From NCBI GenBank assembly GCA_964016885.1, contig CAXHJY010001589.1, positions 1 through 64,000 on the forward strand: a stretch of 64,000 bases of DNA, written 5' to 3'. Of this stretch, positions 50,342 to 64,000 are shown piece after piece; positions within the stretch are counted from its first letter, which is position 1, and every line of letters begins with the position of its first letter. The translations under genes were made by a program, and so were the position numbers. Below the pieces are notes generated by a model. The model searched no databases. It was not told the origin of the DNA and saw nothing but the letters and a program-made list of their open reading frames with translations. This stretch comes from Eledone cirrhosa (Eukaryota).

Positions 50342-52330
50342 ACGCTTTGGCGTACTTGTGTTTGCTATTCCTAATATTAGGTTTCCTTATGGACATGTTG
50401 TGCGAGATGATGTTGTAGCTATGTGTTTTCTTAGGTAGGAACTCAATTTCTATATTATGGCCGGATCTAGCTAATGCTTGATTATAATATTGTGAGTTTT
50501 TGCTAAATATGTTTGCGTCATAGGATAGATTAGAGATTCTATTGGATACCCCCTTAGAGATAGAGTTTAATATTGATCTAGGGTGATTAGACTTGGTATC
50601 TACGTAAATGATTTTTTCGTTAGGCTTATGGAAAGGTGTATATATTTTTGAGTCTAGGTATAGTGTGGAGTCTAGGAAGTTAACATTTTTAGTGTTTTTT
50701 GTGCATGGTGATACTAAGGTTAAAGTTTTTGAATGTCTTGTGCAATAGTTTTCTAGTTCTTTCTATATTTAATTTTCTATAAGTAGAAGTGCATCATCGC
50801 GGTACAAACCACCGTTGAGGTAAGGGAGGTCCTTATGGATTTCATTGAGAAGGTATAGGCCGACCAAATCAGTGACCTGCGCCGAGTCACTAGATCCCAC
50901 GGTTATGTCGAAGTTGTTGTGTGTATCCTTGCGTGTTCATAGTTGGTCCTCGAAGGTGATTATGGTTTTACGGGCCGCAAGGATGACATCAATCTGTGCT
51001 CTAGTCAGGTCGCTATTGTTCATGGCCATGATTAGTGCCTTATTTAATAGGATAGGGGAAATAGAGGTGTAGTATTAATTGATATCAAATTGAATAAATT
51101 TTTTGTCCTTATTATTCTTGATATCTTTGAACCATTCAATAACTTCACCCGTATTTCCCAATTGTTTAAGGTGTATCTTGTGTTTAATTTGTGGGATGAT
51201 TTTATCTAAAATTTTCTTGCTGATAATACCAATGTCGGACTTGTAAGGGCAGATAAGTCTTATCGAGGGGTTGCTGATGAAGTCCTTCTTATGATCCTTC
51301 AGAGAGAATCTAGGGGATTTTGGGGTGAATGGTTGTGTATGCCTCTGAAGTCCTAGTTTAGACACTATATTATATCCCTCTATATTAATATCTTCTAAGT
51401 TTTTCAAGGTGGTCTTCTTGTAGCTTTTATGTAGTTCATTATATATAAACTTTCTATAAGTATTATAATCTAGGCTGTATATGTTATTAGTTTTATCTGC
51501 GTGTACAATAATTTTATTACTAGTTTTGAATCCGTTAATAGAGGTGTTAAGTTTGTTTAAGAAGGTGCTGCTTCTATTATGGTGCTTATTGTATTTAATG
51601 TTCTTAACTAGTTTAACTAGATCATTTTCAAAGAAGTTAAGTAGTGTGTTATGAGGGGGGCTTTTAAAGGTTTTAAAGCCGAAGGAGTCAAATTTGTTAG
51701 TATTATTCACATTGTTAGATCTGTTTCTATCATAATGGAATGTCCTCCATCTCACTCTATTGATAAATGAATTTACACTGTTGATCAGCAATTTCTCATA
51801 TGTATTCCTGGATGGTATTGGTATGTTCTTGGTTGACATGGGGAGTTGGTCTTTGATTAGCATATTGGTAATATTATATGTCAGCTCAACAATATGGAGC
51901 AGTTAATAGTATTAATTATACTATTTATGGTTATGTAAATACGAAAACCTTTTGCAGTTATATATATTTTTATATACAAACCCTAAATAGTGGGAGGAAG
52001 TAATATATTACTACCTTATTACCAGTAAGTTAAGTAGCTCAATGTAAAAACATCAGATGATTTACAGAGCAGTTATATGAAATATAAGAATCAAAGAACT
52101 GTTCAAAACATGTTTATGCTTACAACTGTTTCCTCCAAACCGAGGTTTGGATTCTTCGGAGCAATTTATTAATGAATGAACACTTATATGACCTCCTTTT
52201 CACCCAAGAGACATACAGATACATATGCAAATATTGTGGGTCAACATTCATTACAGCATTTAGAGTGGCAGTACACACTTAGAGATTACATTCATATTAA
52301 AAGATACAATCAAAAATACAGGTTAAAATA
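50342..52330 (-). mobile_element. Naiad-like PLE: 5' pLTR plus RT, endonuclease absent
   Basis: KNIPIPS, ADKTNN, LKDHK, FDI, GLYRDD, VNFLD and SNHP motifs with premature stops. Variant hammerhead at 52117-52163. The element may extend to ~53585. Confidence 0.82.
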
Positions 52331-53585
52331 CATGAAAATAAGCGGTTATATAGTGCAAAGCTTATGTGTGGCAAGCACGTGCGTCTGTTTCTATAGTGTG
52401 GCAGAGAGTTACGTGTAGTAGAAGCACTTAAGTAGATAAACAAGAGTGTTAGGTTGGTTGATCTGGTGGCAAATTCTTTATATGATTGTTATAGTCTTTG
52501 TGTGGAGAAATAATATAAGCATTAAAATTAGTGCAAGAATTAAAAATATTGGAAATGCACAGCAAAGGGATGATATGGACTTCATGTACTTCGACATTTT
52601 CATAGTCTGGGGAGTGTATTTTTCAGATTATATGCCCCTCACATAATCCACGACAATTCGATATTGAGCGTTTGACAATCCAGTTAGAGAATCGTAGTCT
52701 GATGTTCTTTAGTTCAATACAGAAGGATGTTACGTTTCGAGAATCGACATTGAAATACTACCCGGAAGTGTGTGTGTGGCTAAGGGGAGTTAATGCATGA
52801 GGGGAGGTAACTCCGAGGTTTCTATTACTAACTATTGAAATGTGTCTCAAAATAGACCCTAACTTCTATGGTTAAGCGCAATTTCTAAAAAATGTCTAAA
52901 GCTTAAAGTGTTTTAACTATAGAGTAGTCTATTAGGTAGTGCTGAAGGTGTTCGTATTATTATGGTGAATTAACCCCCATCGTAGAGTGCCGCACATGAA
53001 TATTATAGACGCCGCGCGAGGATTCAAAATTAATGATCTCTGTGGTTGTAGTCTACTCAAAGGACCAGGCGCGGTGATTGCAGAATCACTTCAACACACA
53101 ATGATCTCTGGTAAGTTCTGGGTCATCGCTTGCTACATTGGATGTCGAAAGATAATCATCACCAGGGCCGACCAGAGGTCAATCCGCAGTCCTCATGACC
53201 CCACCCTGACCATCAAATCATCCATATATGTACAACCCGCACGCCAGTTGCAATACATTCATTCCCTGCACTCAGCGTACCGGTCATACTGCTCAACAGC
53301 GTTACTAGATTAATTCGTTTTTCATCTGTCCAACGAAGGCACTTCCTCCGCACAACACTAACAAGACAATCAATTCATGCTTAAATTACCTATAGAGCGG
53401 TGTAGTGCATTTCAAGTGGGTGGATGTTGTCACACCTAAAGTAGAGGTGCAAATGGGTATTCGCCCTGCGAAGGGTTCTAGAGGGATATCGCTGTTTGTG
53501 TTATATTAGATCAGTTAGTGTTGGGTATGCGGTATAAGGTGTGCCCCTGGTGTTTGATGCTAGAGGTGGTGTATTTCATATATTT

Positions 53586-54422
<837 letters not shown>

Positions 54423-54425
<3 letters not shown>

Positions 54426-55300
54426 AAGGCGGGTAAAATTCCCGAGATCCATGGACGAGTTCTCTCCAGCGGTCTCTGTCCCTCATTATCGCTGCCATAT
54501 CCTGCATCTCCAACAGACCAGTGTCTGTCCTTAGGGCAGCAACATGTGTTAACCTTGGTCTTCCGCTTCTAGTGTGTCCATGTAGGGGCTCCCAAAGGAG
54601 CACTGAGTGCAATGTCAACTCTGGATGTCGGTGAGCATGTCCAGCCAACCTCAGTCTCCTCTGTGTCATTTTGAGCTGACTTTTGTGATGCTCCCATACA
54701 GCTCTGAGTTTTTCATCCTCAGTGTATACTGATTAATGTTCAGAGCCATCCTCAGCATTCTCGTGTAGAACCCATCCACCATCTGAGTGAGTCTCTTGGT
54801 CAGTGTCCAAGTCTCAGACCCATACAGCAGCACAGACTCCACTACAGCAATGAAGAGGCGGATTTTCAGGTCTCTACGAAGGTCCGACTTCCAGACCGAT
54901 CTCAAGCTGTGACACGCCGCCCAGGCCTTGCTCTTCCTCTCAACCACATCATCTTCCGTATTCCCAATCTTTGCTCCCAAATACAGGAAGTCCTCAACCA
55001 ATTCCAGCGGCTTCCCGCCTACATTAGTGATCCCCTCTGGCTTCTCAACATTCTCTACCAGATATTTTGTTTTAGTCTCATTCATTCTCAGCCCCACACT
55101 CATCGACACAGTCTCAACCTCCCGCATCAAATCCTCTGCCTCCTTCACTGTATTTGTCACCAAAACTATGTCGTCGGCAAATTGAGCATCCGATACCTTT
55201 TTCGCCCCAACTCTCCTGCTCTGAGCCGGTGCTACAGTAAAGCCAGTGTCCTGGTGTTTCTCCAGTGCAAGGCGCATACAATAGTCCACTACGATGATAA

Positions 55301-55305
<5 letters not shown>
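54423..55305 (-). mobile_element. RTE-clade LINE, 5'-truncated (same family as 1996-2775)
   Basis: FADD, KTKY, VEDFLYLG and YGSETW motifs. Frameshift near 54667. The ORF ends SREFYPP* directly at (TA)n. Confidence 0.9.
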
Positions 55306-55392
<87 letters not shown>

Positions 55393-55403
55393 GTATGTAT
55401 ATA

Positions 55404-56899
55404 TAAAGGAGGTAGTAGAGCGGAGGCCAAGAACTATAGGCCAGTTTCCCTGACGACGCATATCAGTAAGGTCATGGAGCGAGTCGTCAGAAAGAAACTA
55501 ATCACTTTCCTCGAAGAAAATGACCGTCTGACTAGCACGCAACATGGCTTCCGCCCAGGAAGAAGTTGCCTTACACAGCTGCTACATCACTACGACTGGG
55601 TACTGAGACAACTACTAGACAGCTCACATGTGGACGTGATATATCTTGACTTTGCGAAGGCCTTTGACAAGGTCGACCACGGAATGATATGTCACACACT
55701 ACACGGACTAGGCATAATTGGAAAAGTAGGTGAGTGGCTGCATGGCTTCCTAACGGACAGAAGCCAGGCAGTCGCAGTAAATGGGGCCCTCTCGAAGGAA
55801 ACACCGATAACAAGTGGGGTGCCCCAGGGGACAGTCCTGGGACCACTACTGTTTTTGGTGGCTCTCTCGGACATGCCCTCTGTGGTGCATGCAACAACAT
55901 CTCTCACTAGCTATGCTGATGACACTAAGGTAGCACAGGCAATCAAAAACCCGGCTGACGCTGCTCTTTTACAGCAGAATCTGGATGCCATATACAGATG
56001 GGCGGAAGAAAACAACATGCAGTTTAATGTTGGCAAATTCCAAGCCCTACAATACAAACCTACAAACACAAATATAGTGGAACACAGCTACACAGGACCA
56101 GGAGGGACCGATATCCCCGTGTCAAAATCGATACGAGACCTGGGCATAGACATGAGCGATGATGCATCTTTTTCTTCACACATCATGAAGGTGGCGACAA
56201 CATGTAGACGATTCGCTGGCTGGATCTTGAGGACTTTCCTTACAAGAGATCGACCCACCATGTTGACACTGTGGAGGACTTTTGTTCTAAGCCGCCTGGA
56301 CTACTGCTCCCAGCTGTGGTCACCCCATAGTGTCAAACTAACCACGGAGATTGAGGCAATCCAGCGAAGCTACACCAAGAGGATTGCCAAGATGAGGGAG
56401 ACAAGCTACTGGGAGAGGCTAAAGGAACTGAACCTCTACTCCTTGGAGCGAAGACGGGAGAGATACGCAGTGATCTACATGTGGAAAATCCTGGAGGGAC
56501 TAGCACCGAACTTTGGCATTGGGAGCTGGACCAACCGTCGAAGAGGACGTCACTGTGTGGTGCCAAAGATCCCGTCTTCCACATCTAGAATAAGGAGCAG
56601 GTATTGCAATAGCCTGGGATTCAAGGGTCCTCAACTCTTCAACAGGCTGCCGAGGCATCTGAGAGACTTGCATGACGTGGAGGTGGATGTCTTTAAGAAA
56701 CATCTCGACACCTTGTTATCCAGGATCCCGGATGAGCCCACAGCAAGACACGAGGGAAACCTAAGGGCAGCAGCAACAAACTCCCTCCTACACCAGTGGC
56801 CAACCTATACAGGCTGGAGATAAAACGTGTAGCAACAAGGGCGGTGCACCAGCATGGCCTCAGCCGGATGGCTGAAACAGGTAAAAGAGTAAAAGAGTA
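55404..56899 (+). mobile_element. CR1-group LINE family 2, 5'-truncated, RT uninterrupted
   Basis: YLDFAKAFD, GVPQG and YADD motifs. Same 3' UTR and tail as 27038-29854. Confidence 0.92.
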
Positions 56900-56906
56900 A
56901 TATATG

Positions 56907-56989
<83 letters not shown>

Positions 56990-57004
56990 GTATATATATA
57001 TATG

Positions 57005-57057
<53 letters not shown>

Positions 57058-57150
57058 GTATGTATATATATATATGTATGTATATATATATATATGTATG
57101 TATATATATATATATATGTATGTATATATATATATGTATGTATATATATA

Positions 57151-57502
57151 TAACTTTGAATAACTTTGAAATGTTTTGGCCAGTATTGGCCCAGGCCATG
57201 TCTAACTTAATAGCACCACCTGGCGAAGTCTTTCAATTCAGGATTTGGGCACCATGGCCCATTCGAGAAGAGAATTACTGTTTGCGGAGACATATCCGGG
57301 TGTGGGTGGTTTGTCCGGGATTACTTGGAGGAATTTGTCCAAAGACTTCTTGAATATTTTGTGCTCAGTTTCTGTTTTGACGTGTCCTGGTGTGATGTTG
57401 AAGAGAGCAGGGCCAATTGAGGTGAAATAATTGTGCCGTATTGTTGTTATGAGTTGCGATTTAGATTTTTGTATGGGACGGATAGCACGGGGCCCAAGCC
57501 TT
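57151..57502 (-). mobile_element. CR1-group LINE family 1, 3' 350 bp
   Basis: Matches 17175-17526. Confidence 0.9.
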
Positions 57503-59242
<1,740 letters not shown>

Positions 59243-61178
59243 TTATTAGTAATAATAATAAAATTGAAGACTAAAACCCAAAGAGGGCTGGATAAGGAAA
59301 ATGTATATCAAATATATAAGAACCGTAGAGCAAATATTTATTAAAATAGCAGATTAAAGTTTAAGCAAAGAATCGCTGCTTTCACCCTTAACGGGATCTT
59401 CTGAAACTAACAAAGTCAATCTGTAAACGCAGAACTGGATATTTCAAAAAACGTTGCAACCGGAGGAAGACAGGAAGACGATACTTTGGTTCGTGGTAAC
59501 GTTCGCTGGCAAAGAACGGGAAAAAACGAATAATACGTCATTAATAGGAGCGGTGAAAAACAATTACGCGCAAAGACAAAACCACGTTTATGGTATAAAA
59601 GAGGTCGTAGACTAATGTTCTCTTAGGTGGTTCTCTGACAATGAACGGAAAAACGAAGATAATAAGTCATATGTGGAGCGTGGAGAACAATTACCTAGCC
59701 GTAGGAACACGTGCAACCCTGTAGTTAGTACTAACTGTAATTGTAGGAATCGGGCTGATTGCCCCCTATCCGGGAAATGCCTCTCTAGTAACATTGTCTA
59801 CAAATGTAAGGTTGTAACACCCACGTCCCGTAGCGCCTACATAGGGTTAACCGCCAATAGTTTCAAGCAGCGTCTTTACATGCATACCCATTCTTTTCGT
59901 TACCCTCTAAGAAGGAATATGACGTCACTTTCAGCTTATATCTGGAGTCTAAAAGACAACCACACCCAATATAAGTTACACTGGGAGATCCTAGCTAGGG
60001 CTAGATCGTATAACGGAAATAAAAGACCATGTGACCTCTGCGCCGCTGAGGCCCTGGAAATACTCTACGCCACAGACCACATCTTAAACAAAAAATCTGA
60101 GGCAATTTCGGCTTGTAAACATAATTTGCACAAAACTTTCCTGTATTACAGCCCCACGTTATAACCTAACGGATAGCACGATCTATACGTGGATATTTTA
60201 CGTCTTGATGTGGGAGCTAAGTATATGTTTTGTTTATTCCTTTACTTATTTGCATAGGTAAGTATATATTAGCCGTATGTTGTGTGAAGGTATGTATACC
60301 TTCTCGTACGTATATTTGACTGTTATGGCGTATAATTTTTACATATTCTGGTATTTAGAGTTTGGCTATGTGTATACGGGAGTTTTGCGTCCGCGTGAGT
60401 ATGCAGGTTCGTATGTATGGTGGGTGTGTGTATATGTGTACTTCTTGTTTTAGTTGACTTACGTCTCCGAACATTCGTGTATTTATATGTAGATATGCGT
60501 GTGCGCTTGTTATATACGTATTTATTTACTTATATACGTTTATATAATTATTTATTTATTTGTACACAAGCATACACACACACACATATTTATATGTGCG
60601 TGGTTTTGTATACCTATGGTAAGGTTTTGCGTATGCTTGTGTATGTACGTATTTGTTTGCGTGTATGTATTTATTTGTTTCTATTACTTCTGTATCGTAT
60701 TTATTTACTTTGTTCTTAACTCTGTAGCGGAGATTCATTTGGTCTCCTAGTTAGAATTTTAGTTTACGATTTCTGCTATACCATTTACGTGGTTTTGTCT
60801 TTGCGTGCTATTGTTCTCCACACTCCACATATGACTTATTATCTTCGTTTTTTCGTTCATTGCCAGAGAACGTCTCTATGCACCACCTAAGAGAACATTA
60901 GTCTACGACCTCTTTTATACCATAAACGTGGTTTTGTCTTTGCGCGTAATTGTTTTTCACCGCTCAAATTAATGACGTATTATTCGTTTTTTCCCGTTCT
61001 TTGCCAGCGAACGTTACCACGAACCAAAGTATCATCTTCCTGTCTTCCTCCGGTTGCAACGCTTTTTGAAATATCCAGTTCTGCGTTTACAGATTGACTT
61101 TGTTAGTTTCAGAAGATCCCGTTAAGGGTGAAAGCAGCGATTCTTTGCTTAAACTTTAATCTGTTATTTTAATAAATA
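59243..61178 (+). mobile_element. Naiad-like PLE 3' fragment with inverted 5' pLTR
   Basis: ~59334-59690 is the reverse complement of ~60810-61178, and these repeats enclose a GIY-YIG ORF. Confidence 0.85.
59691..60164 (+). pseudogene. Naiad-type GIY-YIG endonuclease domain (5'-truncated)
   Basis: CNCRNRADCPLSGKC linker, IVY...YIG, FKQR, LSAYIW, CDLC, LNKKSE and CKH motifs. Confidence 0.85.
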
Positions 61179-61424
61179 TATATATATGTATATATATTTC
61201 ATTATTTCTGAATACGGCATATATATGTGTTGGTATGTATATTTAATTTTGATAGTTTGTATAATTTTATATAATTTTGTACATAGATCTGTTGAATATG
61301 CATGCCAATTCTAACACATATATATCCTAGAAACGATCGTTAAATAATGAACTTTTTTTGTTTAATATAAGGAACTGTTTCATTGTTTTATTCATTATTT
61401 TTTTAATATTTTTTTTAATATTTT

Positions 61425-61451
61425 ATATGTATATATATATATATATATATG

Positions 61452-61526
<75 letters not shown>

Positions 61527-61815
61527 GTATGTATATATACATGTATATATATATATATAGGTATATATATATGTATATATATATATAGGTATATATATAT
61601 ATGTATATATATATAGGTATATATATATATGTATATATATATAGGTATATATATATATGTATATATATATATAGGTATATATATATATGTATATATAGGT
61701 ATATATATATATGTATATATACATAGGTATATATATATATATGTATATATACATTGGTATATATATATGTATGTGTATATATATGTATATATGTATATAT
61801 GTATATATATATATG

Positions 61816-61849
<34 letters not shown>

Positions 61850-61863
61850 TATGTGTATATATG

Positions 61864-61910
<47 letters not shown>

Positions 61911-62031
61911 ATATGTATATATATGTATATATGTATATATATATGTATATATATATATATGTATATATATATGTATATATATATATGTATATATATGTAT
62001 ATGTATGTGTATATATATGTATGTGTATATG

Positions 62032-62062
<31 letters not shown>

Positions 62063-62577
62063 GTATATGTATATATATGTATGTGTATATGTATGTATAT
62101 ATATATGTATATGCATATATATGTATGTGTATATGTATATATATATGTATATATATATGTATATGTATGTATATATATATATGTATATATATGTATATGT
62201 ATATGTATATATATATATATGTGTATATGAATATATATATGTATATATATATATATATGTATATATATATGTATATATATGTATATGTATATGTATATAT
62301 ATGTATATGTATGTATATATATGTATATGTATGTGTATATATATGTATATGTACGTGTATATATATGTATATGTATATATATATGTATGTATATGTATAT
62401 ATATATGTATGTATATGTATATATATATGTGTATATATGTATATGTATGTATATATATGTATATCTATGTGTATATATATGTATATGTATGTGTATATAT
62501 ATGTCTATGTATATGTATATATGTATATGTATATATATATGTATATGTATATGTATATATATTTGTATATGTATATA

Positions 62578-62622
<45 letters not shown>

Positions 62623-63231
62623 GTATATATATATGTATATATATATGTATATATATGTATATATATATGTATATATATATATATATGTATATATATATGT
62701 ATATATATATATGTATATATATATGTATATATATATATATGTATATATATATGTATATATATGTATATGTATATGTATATATATGTATATGTATGTATAT
62801 ATATGTATATGTATGTGTATATATATGTATATGTACGTGTATATATATGTATATGTATATATATATGTATGTATATGTATATATATATGTATGTATATGT
62901 ATATATATATGTATATATATGTATATGTATGTATATATATGTATATGTATGTATATATATGTATATCTATGTGTATATATATGTATATGTATGTGTATAT
63001 ATATGTCTATGTATATGTATATATGTATATGTATATATATATGTATATGTATATGTATATATATTTGTATATGTATATATATATGTATATATATATGTAT
63101 ATATATATGTATATATATGTATATATATATGTATATATATATGTATATATATATGTATATATGTATATATATATGTATATATGTATATATATATGTATAT
63201 ATATATATGTATATATATATGTATATATATG

Positions 63232-63262
<31 letters not shown>

Positions 63263-63289
63263 GTATGTATATATATGTATATATATATG

Positions 63290-63328
<39 letters not shown>

Positions 63329-63466
63329 GTATATATATATGTGTATATATATATGTATATATATGTGTATATGTATATATGTATATGTATATATGTATAT
63401 ATGTATATGTATATATGTATATATGTATATATATATGTGTATGTATATATATATGTGTATATATAG

Positions 63467-63498
<32 letters not shown>

Positions 63499-64000
63499 GT
63501 GTATGTATATATATATATGTGTATATATAGATATGTATATATGTATATGTATATGTATATATGTATATATATATGTATATGTGTATATGTATATGTATAT
63601 ATGTATATGTATATATGTATATATGTATTTGTATATATATGTATATATGTATATATATATATGTATATATATATATGTGTATATGTATATATATGTATAT
63701 ATATATATAAAGAATGAATAATAACAGGTAGACATCATAAAAAGGTAATTTATTTCGTATGTGTATATATATATATATGTATATATATGTATATGTATAT
63801 ATATGAATGTGTATATGTATATATATATGTATATATATATGTATATGTATGTATATATATATATGTATATATATGTATATGTATATATATGTATGTATAT
63901 ATATATATATATGTATATATATATGTATATATATGTATATATATATGTATATATATGTATATGTAATTATATATATGTATATGTATGTGTATATATATGT
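61425..64000. repeat. Degenerate (TA)n microsatellite
   Basis: Directly visible. Confidence 0.97.

Noticed and set aside
52331-53585. Possible upstream coding region or tandem copy of the Naiad element
   Set aside because: No GIY-YIG or RT motifs found on either strand, so its identity is unresolved.
61105-61145. CAGAAGA-TCCC..GGGT-GAAA hammerhead-like word in the second Naiad pLTR
   Set aside because: No credible stem I/III or NUH triplet, so it was not counted.

Overview
This is a eukaryotic, gene-free, repeat-dominated window, probably from a cephalopod (inferred from octopus-type tRNA SINEs). Roughly 40% is degenerate (TA)n microsatellite, and almost all the long IYIY ORFs in the track are artefacts of it. 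The (TA)n tracts act as landing pads for three LINE families (two CR1-group, one RTE), several Penelope-like elements (PLEs; one 4.08-kb tandem dimer plus Naiad-like pieces), SINEs and a foldback element. Reading by eye, I found 24 type I hammerhead ribozyme motifs in about 10 families. The most notable are non-coding, retrozyme-like tandem arrays. Two related 466-bp families couple a covarying hammerhead to a conserved octamer plus PSE-like motif, the design known from newt satellite 2. A 593-bp family carries a hammerhead with the compensatory U3-A8 core variant. Most of these elements have the PLE-type inverted 5' segment, which suggests they are mobilised by the neighbouring PLE machinery. 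All structures were folded by eye and none is experimentally verified.
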